Shown here piece by piece: positions 27,258 through 37,025 of a DNA stretch of 63,603 nt. The stretch covers positions 1 to 63,603 of the forward strand of contig JADGBW010000005.1 of the NCBI GenBank assembly GCA_015231305.1, read 5' to 3'. Within the stretch, counting starts at the first letter, position 1. Every line of letters starts with the position of its first letter. Made by a program: the position numbers and the translations under genes. Under the pieces are notes generated by a model that saw only the letters and a program-made list of their open reading frames with translations, did not search any database and was not told where the DNA came from. This DNA is from Magnetococcales bacterium (GTDB lineage Bacteria > Pseudomonadota > Magnetococcia > Magnetococcales > JADFYX01).

Positions 27258-28922
27258 ATGAAAACCATGCCCCACCATCACTATACCCCATTTGCTCCCA
27301 TTTCATTACCGGACCGTAAATGGCCCAATAAAGTTTTAGACAAAGCTCCCATGTGGTGTGCAGTTGATCTTCGTGATGGCAACCAAGCGTTAATAAACCC
27401 CATGGACCCAGAGCGTAAGTTGCGTCTTTTTAATCAGCTTGTTGCTATTGGTTTTAAAGAGATAGAGGTTGGCTTTCCTGCTGCCTCACAGGATGATTAT
27501 GACTTCACACGCAAATTGATTGAAGAAAATTTAATACCAGATGATGTAACAATTCAGTTGTTAACCCAGTCTCGTGAACATTTAATACGGCGTTCCTTTG
27601 AGGCAATAAAAGGTGCAAAAAAGGCTGTTGTGCATCTTTATAACTCAACCTCACCATTGCAGAGAGAGGTTGTCTTTGGTATGGGGAGACAAGAGGTTAT
27701 CGATTTGGCAGTTGAAGGGGTTAATTTAATCCGTAACTTAGCGAAAGAGTGTGATACTGATATCCGTTTACAATATTCACCGGAGAGTTTTAGCAACACA
27801 GAGTTGGATTTTTCCGTAGCTATTTGCCAAGAAGTTTTAAAAGCTTGGGGAGCTAGCAGTGATAACCCGGTTATCCTTAACCTTCCGGCAACGGTAGAGT
27901 CTGCCTCACCGAATGTTCATGCAGACCAGATAGAGTGGTTTTGTCGTAATTTGCAAAATTCTCAAGCTGCCATAATAAGTCTTCATCCCCATAACGATAG
28001 AGGATGCGCCGTTGCCGCTGCTGAGTTGGGTATGATGGCTGGTGCAGCGCGAGTGGAAGGTACGTTGTTTGGTAATGGAGAGCGTACAGGCAATGTTGAT
28101 TTAATCACCCTTGCTTTAAACCTTTTTTCTCAAGGCGTTGATCCCAAGTTGGATCTTTCTAATATTCAATCGATAGTCGATACCTATGAGAGCTGTTCTG
28201 GTTTAACCGTTCCACCCCGGCATCCTTATAGTGGTGAATTGGTTTTTACCGCCTTTTCTGGCTCGCACCAAGATGCCATTCAAAAAGGTTTAAAGGCGTT
28301 AAAGGAGTCAGGTGCAACAGGCTGGTCGGTTCCTTATCTACCCATAAACCCAGACCACTTAGGCAGGCAATATGAGACCTTTATCCGCATTAACAGCCAA
28401 TCTGGAAAAGGGGGAGTTGCATATATATTAGATGAGAAATTCGGCTTACGTTTACCAAAAGATATTGTTAAAGATTTCAGCCAAACTATACAAAAAATTG
28501 CTGATGAATCGGGCCGGGAGTTACAGCCCCAAGAGATTTATGATGCATTTATTAATTATTATATTACCCCAATAAATGAGGTGGAGTTAATCTCATATGA
28601 GAGCCATCCCATACCAGACAAAGAGAGCATATGCCGTTTAATTGGCAAGCTTCGTCATGGAGACAATGAAGTAGAATTTGTTGAGAAAGGCAGCGGCCCG
28701 GTAAGTGCTTTCGTTGCAGTATTGGAGAGGGTGTTGGATACCAAAATAAAAATAAACTCCTTTGAACAACACGGAGTAGGCGAAGGCAGAGATGCAAAGG
28801 CGGTAACATACGTTGCTCTTAGTGCCAACAACAAAGAACCATGTTTTGGAGTTGGATTACACACCAACACAACAACTTCATCTTTAGAAGGGGTAATTAG
28901 GGCGGTTAGTAGTTCATTGTAA
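27258..28922 (+). CDS. leuA: 2-isopropylmalate synthase (yeast/actinobacterial type)
   Basis: DLRDGNQAL, YSPESF, NLPATVE, HPHNDRG, AFSGSHQDAI, IRINSQSGKGG. Confidence 0.96.
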   Translation: MKTMPHHHYTPFAPISLPDRKWPNKVLDKAPMWCAVDLRDGNQALINPMDPERKLRLFNQLVAIGFKEIEVGFPAASQDDYDFTRKLIEENLIPDDVTIQLLTQSREHLIRRSFEAIKGAKKAVVHLYNSTSPLQREVVFGMGRQEVIDLAVEGVNLIRNLAKECDTDIRLQYSPESFSNTELDFSVAICQEVLKAWGASSDNPVILNLPATVESASPNVHADQIEWFCRNLQNSQAAIISLHPHNDRGCAVAAAELGMMAGAARVEGTLFGNGERTGNVDLITLALNLFSQGVDPKLDLSNIQSIVDTYESCSGLTVPPRHPYSGELVFTAFSGSHQDAIQKGLKALKESGATGWSVPYLPINPDHLGRQYETFIRINSQSGKGGVAYILDEKFGLRLPKDIVKDFSQTIQKIADESGRELQPQEIYDAFINYYITPINEVELISYESHPIPDKESICRLIGKLRHGDNEVEFVEKGSGPVSAFVAVLERVLDTKIKINSFEQHGVGEGRDAKAVTYVALSANNKEPCFGVGLHTNTTTSSLEGVIRAVSSSL

Positions 28923-28939
28923 AATGATAAACGAACTCT

Positions 28940-28978
28940 TTGGGCTTGGATGGTTTTTCATCCAGGTCCAATTTATTT
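28940..28978 (+). terminator. Intrinsic terminator after leuA
   Basis: TTGGGCTTGGATG/CATCCAGGTCCAA stem followed by TTTATTT. Confidence 0.7.
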
Positions 28979-29333
28979 GTTGTTCAAAATATAGGGAACA
29001 AAGGCTTAAATAATATATATTAATTTGTCATTTAGTTGAGAAGTTAGTTTTTAATAAAAGACTAGTAAATGAAAGATTTATTTATTCCAAGGTTTGTTAG
29101 GTAGGTAGCCTTAACCAACTATTAAAAAATAAGAATACAAGATATTGACTTAACAGAATTTGAATTAAAAAAATTGCTAGAAAAAGGTGATATTAAAAGA
29201 AAAATCAACGTAGGATGTCGGTGTCCTATTTTTTAATGGCCGAGCTTATTTCAATTAAAATAAAAATAAGCTACATATAATTAAAAGCCATGTTATTCTT
29301 AAGGCACTATTTTGTTTAAATGGGGAAATTTAA

Positions 29334-29588
29334 ATGCCAACACATCAAATTGTCATTCCTGTTCCTGAAAATATTCCTATACCACAGGGAATCGATGAAG
29401 ATCCTGTTTTTATACGGAACGCTTTAGCTGTTGTTCTTTATAAAAATGGTCGTTTAACTTTGTTGCAAGCAAGAGAACTAATGGGTTTAACCAGAAGAGA
29501 GTTTGAAGAGTGTTTGCCTGAATATGGGTTTACAATGATGGATGACAAAGATTTAAATTCTGAAATAGAATCAATTGATAAATTTTAA
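29334..29588 (+). CDS. UPF0175-family protein (putative antitoxin)
   Basis: LAVVLYKNGRLTLLQARELMGLTRREFEECL.EYG pattern; overlaps a PIN gene. Confidence 0.8.
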   Translation: MPTHQIVIPVPENIPIPQGIDEDPVFIRNALAVVLYKNGRLTLLQARELMGLTRREFEECLPEYGFTMMDDKDLNSEIESIDKF

Positions 29589-30105
29589 TCAACTTGTTGT
29601 TGCAGACACAGGGGCCATTATCACACTTGAGAAAATGCCTGATGGCTTTAGATTTATTCAAAAGCTCTATAAAAAAATTATTGTACCTTCTCAAGTTTTG
29701 GAGGCGTTGCACAGAGGAAACCAGTATGAATCTGATTATCTTGACTTTTATAACATAAGAAAATTACTTGATATACAACGGGTTTCTATATTATCTGATG
29801 GCCTTGAGTTACTTGACTATGGTGAAAGGTATGCTATTTCTCTAGCCATCCAGTTAAAATATCCACTTCTAATTGAAGACCGTAACGCTAAGGAAATGGC
29901 AGAATCAAAAGGGGTGCTTACTTCAGGAATTGCAGGCCGGGTATTAAAAGCATATTCTTTGGGGGTAATTAGTTTTTTATCTTATTCAGTCTTTAGCCAC
30001 AGACTTATTTTTCAAGCTCCATTTGTTGTCTTTACCTTGTATCCAATACTCCATATTACAGCCTTGCTCCATATATTTTTTATAGCGTGTTCGGCTAGCA
30101 TTTAG
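29575..30105 (+). CDS. DUF3368-type PIN-domain protein (putative toxin), probably 3'-truncated
   Basis: VVADTGAII, IIVPSQVLE, LDYGERYAISLA, LLIEDRNAK motifs; the last ~40 codons run antisense into holC. Confidence 0.72.
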   Translation: MINFNQLVVADTGAIITLEKMPDGFRFIQKLYKKIIVPSQVLEALHRGNQYESDYLDFYNIRKLLDIQRVSILSDGLELLDYGERYAISLAIQLKYPLLIEDRNAKEMAESKGVLTSGIAGRVLKAYSLGVISFLSYSVFSHRLIFQAPFVVFTLYPILHITALLHIFFIACSASI

Positions 30106-30477
30106 GGCTTCGGGGTTGCTGCCGTCTACAAAGTCTATGACCATATCAAACTGCTGGGGTTTTTCTATTAATTTGGGGGTTGAAAGTACTATAAGGGTTG
30201 CGTTGTTTTTATCTGTTGGTTTTGACGCAATTAATAGGGGTTGTAGCTCTGGATCGGGGTTTGTATCAATGCCGTGTGGCAGGAATGAATCGGGTGGTGA
30301 ATACCATAGTTGACTGTCCCAGTATTTACTTGGGTCGGTACCTGGGGTTAATAGGGTTGACCTTATGCCTTGGGCATGGGCTTTGTTTAAAATTGTGGTA
30401 ATGGCAGACTCTAGGGTGGAGATACCTAGTTGATAAAAGCGCACCGTTGTTGGTGAGTTTTTGTCGGTTCTTGCCAT
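29986..30477 (-). CDS. holC: DNA polymerase III subunit chi
   Basis: VRFYQL, WDSQLW..PDSFLPHG, QPLLI, ASRTRYKKY..QG pattern. Confidence 0.88.
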   Translation of the reverse strand: MARTDKNSPTTVRFYQLGISTLESAITTILNKAHAQGIRSTLLTPGTDPSKYWDSQLWYSPPDSFLPHGIDTNPDPELQPLLIASKPTDKNNATLIVLSTPKLIEKPQQFDMVIDFVDGSNPEALNASRTRYKKYMEQGCNMEYWIQGKDNKWSLKNKSVAKD

Positions 30478-33400
30478 TATAGTTCAACCCCCATCTCTTC
30501 TAGCCTTTCTTTGCGCAGTGGGTCTAACTCTCCTTTTTTGTATGACTGTTTTTGAAACAATAACCACAAACCAAGTTGAGAATATTTAGAACCTTGGGTG
30601 GGTACGTTACAGTGGCCTTGTTCATCTTTAAAGGCTTTTAAAACAATCATCATCTCCTCTACAATAACCTGTTTTTGCTCCCAGATAAAATTTAGTTCTG
30701 ATAAGCGGTTAATTTGGTCTTGTGAGAGGCTGTTTTTTGTTTTAGCTTGCCTTTGGGCATCACACCAAGCAGAAAGTAACATTGTTGTAGGACTGGACTT
30801 TGAAACCAGGCAGTGGCCTTTTTCGTGGGCAAAAATAAATAACTGGCGATACATTTCTAGCCAGTTAGCCTCTGCTATATCCCATATAAACCCTAGTGCA
30901 TCTAGCCTTTGAACTCTTTCTTGGTCTAGCTGTCCAGAAATTTTAGCTTTTCTTTGGGTGGCAACCCACCAACCTAGCTCACTGTTTTGAGTGTAACTTT
31001 CAGGAACCAGACAGTCTCCGTGGTGATCTCTATATTCAGTTAGAGCAACAAACATCTCCTCCCAAAATATAGCTTTTGCATCCCATAAAAAGCCAAGTTT
31101 AGATAGTCTATCTTGATGTTCTTGGCTTAAGTTGCCTTTTTTAAAGTCTCTTCGTATTGTGTTTACCCACTGCGCCAAACGGGGGTTTTGGGTCCACTTT
31201 GCCGGGACAATACAGTGGTTGCGACTTTTGGTAAAGTTGGCTAAAGCTGTAAACATCTCCTCCCAGGCTGCCTCTTTAGCATCCCAAATAAAGCCTATTT
31301 TTTCCAGCTTTTCTTGACGGTCTTTATTAAGTATATTTTTTGTTTTAAGCAGCCTCTGTTTTTTTACCCAACCAGGTAGTTCTGGGCTTGCTTTTAGGTT
31401 TGGCGGCAGGCTGAAGTGGCCCACTTTTTTATAATAAATAACCAAGCTCTCAAATTGCTCATCCCATGCAGCTTGTTCAAGGTCCCAAACAAAACCAGCC
31501 TCATCCAAACGGGCTTTTCTATCTTTATCGATGGTTCCTAATTTTAACTCACGGCGCAGGGATTTTGCCCACTGCCCAAGGTTTGGTTTAGCAGGATAAA
31601 TGTCTGTAAGTTTGCCGTGGCCATGAGTGAGCTTAAAAAATTTAAAATCAGCAAACATCTGCTCCCAAAGAGCAATTTTTAGATCCCAAGCAAAGCCCAA
31701 AGCTGTAAGGCGGTTAATTCTTTTAGGGTGAAGGCGATTTCTTCTGCGTAAACTGCGCTGTTCTTGGCTCCATAAGCTTAGGGTTTCAATTGCCGAGCCT
31801 TTCTCAAGCCCTTTTTCAGGTAGGGTGCAGTGTTTGTTTTGTTTTTCGTACTCTTTTAACAACATAAACATTTCGTCCCAGTGGGCCTGTTCAAGGTCCC
31901 AGACAAAACCTGCAATTTCTAGTCTCTCTTCTCTTTTGGAAAGAAGCTTGCCTAAAATTTTATCACGGCGTTGAGCTTTCGCCCATTCAGCAAGCTTTGG
32001 CATATGTTCATCTTTATCAGGTACTTTACCGTGGCCATTTATCATCTTAAAGCGTTCAAAAAGTCCGAATCGCTCTTCCCAAGCTGCTACCTCTAGGTTC
32101 CAGACAAAACCAAGGCCATTTAAACGATCTTCGCGCTCTTCAGATAGAGTCCCTTTTTTGTCATTGCGCCGTTGTAACTGGGCCCACTCAGCAAGCTTTG
32201 GGTTGTGGGGGTAGTCAACGGGTACTTGACCATGACCATGTATTTTGTGAAATTTAGCAAGAGCTTTAAAACCAGTTTCCCAAGCGTCTGCTTCTAGGTC
32301 CCAAACAAAACCCAAAGCGTTTAATTTATCTTCCCAATCTTGTTCTAGGCGGCCACTTAGTTTTTCCCGTCGTTGTCTAATTACCCAATCTGCAAGTTCT
32401 GGATTATCCGCAAAACCTTTAGGAACTTTGCAGTGGTTGTGCTGGTTTTTAAAAGTTACTAAATTTTTATACATTCTTTCCCACGCAGTTTTTTTAGGGT
32501 CCCAAATAAAACCTTGTTGGGAGAGTTCTTCAAACCTAGTTTTTAACAAAGTATTTTTAAAATGATCTTTACGTTGTTGCTCTACCCATTGGCTCAATTG
32601 AGGGTTGTCAGGCAAGCGTTGGGGAACTTCACAATGGTTGTGTTGATCTTTAAAAGCTAAAAGTTGACCAAAATTTTCGTCCCATAAGTTGCTCAACCTT
32701 TTAACGCAGTGAATTAAAATATCTTCTTTGTTAACTCTGTTATCACTTTCACTGTTTTCGATAATCTGCAACCATTCATTAAGCGGCTCTAAATCCCAGC
32801 GTCCGGTGCGACCAAAGTTAATGCGTATAGTCTTAACCTCTTGAGAAAACCTATTGTCAAGCTCTGCAAACAGTTGCAAGCTTGACCATAAGTCATCACA
32901 ACTATCAATGCTATCAGTACAGTCTCCACTGTCAGTTTTAGTGATAGCTACTGCATAGTAGCCACTGTTATCTCCAGGTCTTTTTAATAACACTGGCTCA
33001 AAGGTTGTGGCCTCTTCTTTTTTGTTGCAACTTAAGAAAAAAACCAGATCAGCAGGGTATAGATTAAACCCAGACTCAGGGGTTGAAGTTAAGCTTAAAA
33101 TAGCGTGGTTGCTTTGTAAAAAAGATACAATTTGTTCATCAACCTCGGCTCCTGTTTTTAGGCTATCAATACAAAATGGTTTATACTTCTCCAAAGGGTC
33201 TGGTCGTGTATCTAAAAAATTATCAGAAAACTCTTTTGCTTCAGCAGGCTTTTCATGGCGAGTATGGATATGAGAAATATCAGTTTTTTCTTTAATGCAC
33301 AAAGCAATTGCGTCTAGGTGGTTCTCTTTTTCGTTGATAATTGGCAATAGAAATTTCCACGGCCTTATGGCTTTTTTTTGTATGCCATCTGCAAGATTGC

Positions 33401-34736
33401 CTAAATGAACTACAGGGCCGTATATATCCTCATTATCTAGCCTGAATATAGCTTTTAGCTCACCATCTTTATTGGGTTTTAGAGCATCTAAACGCTGTGG
33501 AGTAACTGTTAACAGGTAGATTTTTTTAATGGGTAAATCACCGTCTACAAGAGCTGTGCGAATTTTTTCTCCTTGAGGTGTAACAATACGGTGAGCTTCC
33601 ATTATCAAGGCTAAATCAATTGGTGGATAACCCAAAATTGACCGTTGTAACATTGGCAAAATATCTGCTGTTGCCAAAATAATTTTTATACCGCTTTGCA
33701 AACGTAGATTAAAAAAATTTCTCAGGCCACTACTTGTTGTGATTATAGGGTGGTAAAAATCGCTTTGTTTTAATTTTGAAGGTTGGTTGCTAAAAACAAG
33801 GGGGGCAATGGTGGACCATGAGGTCTGTTTTTGCCAATGTTTTATAAAATCTTTTATGTGGTTTTTACTAGGTAAAATTATCAACCCAGTACGTTGGTTA
33901 CCTATATTTTCTAATAAAAGTCTGGCAGTTTGCAGTGTATCTCCACCCAAAGGAGGTACTAACACAGCTTTTGCATTTGGCATTGCTTTTACAATATTTA
34001 TAGCTTCAGTTTGATACGGGGAGGGGGCGTTGCGAGTGGGTAGTATGCCACCACCTTTAAGCCAGCGGTTGAAACTAATAAAATCTGCAGTAGAAAGGTT
34101 GTCAAGATCAGGAGCTAAAATACGGTGAAAACCATCTTCTTTTTGCAGTGTTTTAGGAAGGTTTTTTGTGTTGCTAATAAGCAGAGGTTGCTCAGTTGTT
34201 TTTATGAGGTTTTGAAATTCACTAATTTGGTCAGAAGAAAGTTCTTGTCTATTGGGGCAATAATATACTGCATAGGGGTGCGTCTCTCCGCTGCAAGTTT
34301 TAAAATAGCCGTGGGCTTGGGTTAGTTTAGCAGGTAGACTAAGTCTTCTGCTTAAATCTGTTGTTAATGCAGGTGCTGGAAATACTTCAGTTGCTTGGTA
34401 AAAAGAGCGAGTAGAAAGCAAGCCCTCTACAAACAAACCAAATGCAGAAATTGCATCGCTGTTAATTTTTAAACTATGCTCATCAACATCAATTTCATCA
34501 GTGGTTTCACCTGCCAATTTTGGGGGTGATTCAGCTTGGTTAGCAGGCTCATTAAGTGCGCAGATGTTATCTTTAGAGCCTTCAGGTAATTCAATATGTA
34601 GATGTGGAGCCGTGTTTTCAACAACTGTTTTTGGGTTTAATCCTGCTAGTCGCTCTTCCAGATCTTTAAAGCTGGTTAGGTTGTTAAACAGTTTTGCGTC
34701 CCCAAATCGTCGTGCATCAGGATGTTTAGGCAGCAT
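30477..34736 (-). CDS. Degenerate Mrr-like nuclease / SF2 helicase fused to 11 helicase-associated (HA) repeats
   Basis: Eleven W..(M)F..L..F...HGH..VP...L..W...QR...L..LGF.WD repeats; eroded helicase motifs PPLGGDT, MEAH, TVTP. Confidence 0.8.
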   Translation of the reverse strand: MLPKHPDARRFGDAKLFNNLTSFKDLEERLAGLNPKTVVENTAPHLHIELPEGSKDNICALNEPANQAESPPKLAGETTDEIDVDEHSLKINSDAISAFGLFVEGLLSTRSFYQATEVFPAPALTTDLSRRLSLPAKLTQAHGYFKTCSGETHPYAVYYCPNRQELSSDQISEFQNLIKTTEQPLLISNTKNLPKTLQKEDGFHRILAPDLDNLSTADFISFNRWLKGGGILPTRNAPSPYQTEAINIVKAMPNAKAVLVPPLGGDTLQTARLLLENIGNQRTGLIILPSKNHIKDFIKHWQKQTSWSTIAPLVFSNQPSKLKQSDFYHPIITTSSGLRNFFNLRLQSGIKIILATADILPMLQRSILGYPPIDLALIMEAHRIVTPQGEKIRTALVDGDLPIKKIYLLTVTPQRLDALKPNKDGELKAIFRLDNEDIYGPVVHLGNLADGIQKKAIRPWKFLLPIINEKENHLDAIALCIKEKTDISHIHTRHEKPAEAKEFSDNFLDTRPDPLEKYKPFCIDSLKTGAEVDEQIVSFLQSNHAILSLTSTPESGFNLYPADLVFFLSCNKKEEATTFEPVLLKRPGDNSGYYAVAITKTDSGDCTDSIDSCDDLWSSLQLFAELDNRFSQEVKTIRINFGRTGRWDLEPLNEWLQIIENSESDNRVNKEDILIHCVKRLSNLWDENFGQLLAFKDQHNHCEVPQRLPDNPQLSQWVEQQRKDHFKNTLLKTRFEELSQQGFIWDPKKTAWERMYKNLVTFKNQHNHCKVPKGFADNPELADWVIRQRREKLSGRLEQDWEDKLNALGFVWDLEADAWETGFKALAKFHKIHGHGQVPVDYPHNPKLAEWAQLQRRNDKKGTLSEEREDRLNGLGFVWNLEVAAWEERFGLFERFKMINGHGKVPDKDEHMPKLAEWAKAQRRDKILGKLLSKREERLEIAGFVWDLEQAHWDEMFMLLKEYEKQNKHCTLPEKGLEKGSAIETLSLWSQEQRSLRRRNRLHPKRINRLTALGFAWDLKIALWEQMFADFKFFKLTHGHGKLTDIYPAKPNLGQWAKSLRRELKLGTIDKDRKARLDEAGFVWDLEQAAWDEQFESLVIYYKKVGHFSLPPNLKASPELPGWVKKQRLLKTKNILNKDRQEKLEKIGFIWDAKEAAWEEMFTALANFTKSRNHCIVPAKWTQNPRLAQWVNTIRRDFKKGNLSQEHQDRLSKLGFLWDAKAIFWEEMFVALTEYRDHHGDCLVPESYTQNSELGWWVATQRKAKISGQLDQERVQRLDALGFIWDIAEANWLEMYRQLFIFAHEKGHCLVSKSSPTTMLLSAWCDAQRQAKTKNSLSQDQINRLSELNFIWEQKQVIVEEMMIVLKAFKDEQGHCNVPTQGSKYSQLGLWLLFQKQSYKKGELDPLRKERLEEMGVEL

Positions 34737-34744
34737 GATATATC

Positions 34745-36817
34745 CTATCGGGGTGTTGCATCCGGCAGACCACCATCAACAGGTATCGTTGCGCCAGTTG
34801 TGGGGCTTTGCCTGGTGACAAAATATAATACCGCATTTGCTACGTGTTTGGCTGTTACAGCGGATTTTAAAAGGTTGCGATTTTGATAATATGCCTCAAG
34901 GCCTGCTTCATCTAAACCACGGGCCTTCATACGGTCTGGTCCTACCTCAGCCCATAAGCCAGATTTACGTTTACCTTCCGAGAAAACAGCATCGGGAGAA
35001 ACCATGTTAACTCGTACGTCATCAGCAGCCATCTCTAAGCTGGCTATTCTGGCAAGTTGGTGAGCAGCGGCTTTGGTTGCGCTATAAGCACCAAAGTTAG
35101 CACCTGGAGCAAAAACATTTTTGGTGGAGATTAAAATAATATCACCACCAGTTCCCTGTTTTTTTAGAATACATCCCATTGTTGATAGCACATTTAACGT
35201 GCCTTCAATGTTTACCCTCTGCAAGCGGTTAAAATCTTCTGTTTTCATGTCGCTTAATGAGCATACATGGGCAAGTCCTGCATTGATAATTGCTATATCA
35301 ATACCACCCCATGCATCAATAATTTGCCCCAATGCTTCATTTACAGCTTCTGGGCTTGTGACATCCATAGGCACTGCAATTATTCTGTTAGGGTACTGTT
35401 TGTTTAAATCTGCAACTAGTGAGTCTAGGTGAGTCCCAGGGAGATCAGTTGCAGCAACATGGCAACCATTAGCCAATAATTCACGACAAATTCCTGCTCC
35501 TATGGCTCCGGCAGCACCTGTTACCATGCCTATAGAACCAGCAAGAGGTGGCTGTTGTTCATTGGCAAGTTTGGCCTGTTGTAATGGATAATATTCCATA
35601 GCAAACATATCGGCTTCACTAAGGCCGGTATATTTTTCACCCATAGATGCAATGGTGTTTTTTACGTTGAGTGTCTGCTTGGTAATGTCTCTAACTATAT
35701 TGGCTTGCTCAACATTTTCTCCGGCACACACTGCACCCACGCCTGGTATAAAGGCTACCCGTGGTGAACTGTCATATGGAACCTGTTTTTTTTGCGACTG
35801 TTTTTTAAAATATTTTAAATAAGCCTTTTTATAATTAGCAATTGCAGGGGTTATTTGATCTTGCTCTGCTATCCATACTGGTAAAGGTTTGCTGCGTATA
35901 AGATGGTCAGATGTAAGAGGAGGAGATATAACTCTCTTCTCGCCTCTTTCATTGGCTAAAATATTTAAGGTTTCGCTGTCTATTATTGAAGATAAAACAA
36001 ACCGTTTATAAGGGGTGTCTGGGTTGTTACTAGGCAGTGCTAGTTCACCCCGTAGTATAGGTGCTAACTCTCGATACTGTTTTTTTGCTGCATCAATACT
36101 CACACTTTTTTTTGATCTAATACGGTTTATTCTGTTTTGTATAAATACCTCTGCTCTTGTTACTATTTCAATATGGTGGGTATAAGCAGTTAAGGCATCT
36201 TCTCCCCATGTTATAAGCCCGTGTTGCATGAGTATCATACCACTGGCAGTAGGTTTTTTGGCATAAGCTTTTGCCACCGCTTTTGCCAAGCTAAAACCAG
36301 GGTGGATATAAGGCAGAATAATAACCTTATCGCCAAAAGCTTTTTTTAGCTGCTCTTCACCATTTTTTTGGTTGCTTAGGGTTAAAATAGCATCTGCATG
36401 GCTATGGTCGATATATTTAGCTGGTAAAAATGCGTGTAGCAGTGCCTCAATTGAAGGGGTAGGTGCTTGGGAATCAAAAAGATTACACCGTATTTGATTT
36501 ACCATCTGGGCATCGTCAAGGGTGTTAAGAGCTGTTAGTTTTTTAAGCCTGTTAAGGTGTAAACCTGGCAAACCCTCACTGGTTAATTTTGCTAAATCAT
36601 GACCAGAAGCTTTAATATAAATTGCTGCAATTTGTTGGTCAAATATATCATTAAAAGAGCTCTTTACAGAGCAGTTGCCACCACCATGAAGTACCAGTGA
36701 TGGCTCTTTTCCTTGTAAATGACTGCTGTAGAGACGTAAAGCAATATCTTTATTTACACTCTTTGCATGTTTTTCAACAAATTTTGCTGCTGCACTTTTT
36801 GACCATCTGTTTTTCAT
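34745..36817 (-). CDS. Bifunctional class II aldolase / short-chain dehydrogenase (RhaD/RhaEW-like)
   Basis: LHGGGNCSVK, PSIEALLH, DHSHAD, HGLITWG; then TGAAGAIG, NAG, YSATK, VDGG. Confidence 0.88.
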   Translation of the reverse strand: MKNRWSKSAAAKFVEKHAKSVNKDIALRLYSSHLQGKEPSLVLHGGGNCSVKSSFNDIFDQQIAAIYIKASGHDLAKLTSEGLPGLHLNRLKKLTALNTLDDAQMVNQIRCNLFDSQAPTPSIEALLHAFLPAKYIDHSHADAILTLSNQKNGEEQLKKAFGDKVIILPYIHPGFSLAKAVAKAYAKKPTASGMILMQHGLITWGEDALTAYTHHIEIVTRAEVFIQNRINRIRSKKSVSIDAAKKQYRELAPILRGELALPSNNPDTPYKRFVLSSIIDSETLNILANERGEKRVISPPLTSDHLIRSKPLPVWIAEQDQITPAIANYKKAYLKYFKKQSQKKQVPYDSSPRVAFIPGVGAVCAGENVEQANIVRDITKQTLNVKNTIASMGEKYTGLSEADMFAMEYYPLQQAKLANEQQPPLAGSIGMVTGAAGAIGAGICRELLANGCHVAATDLPGTHLDSLVADLNKQYPNRIIAVPMDVTSPEAVNEALGQIIDAWGGIDIAIINAGLAHVCSLSDMKTEDFNRLQRVNIEGTLNVLSTMGCILKKQGTGGDIILISTKNVFAPGANFGAYSATKAAAHQLARIASLEMAADDVRVNMVSPDAVFSEGKRKSGLWAEVGPDRMKARGLDEAGLEAYYQNRNLLKSAVTAKHVANAVLYFVTRQSPTTGATIPVDGGLPDATPR

Positions 36818-37025
36818 TTTAAAATATCTTCCTTTAAAGCAAGAAACTCAACCTGACTTGTTATAATAACAAAAAGTAAGCTTATTGAGGAGGGGTGCTC
36901 TTCTCTTTTTTTGTGATTGACTTTTGTTAACAATATAATAGTTTATCAATGATGCTATCATTATAATGGAAATTAGCCCATAATATGGGTCAACTAGCTG
37001 TTTATTTTAAAGTTTGGGGGTTATT

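Noticed and set aside
30477-34736. Active restriction-modification or defence helicase
   Set aside because: Catalytic motifs are not recognisable and no methyltransferase or defence neighbours are present.
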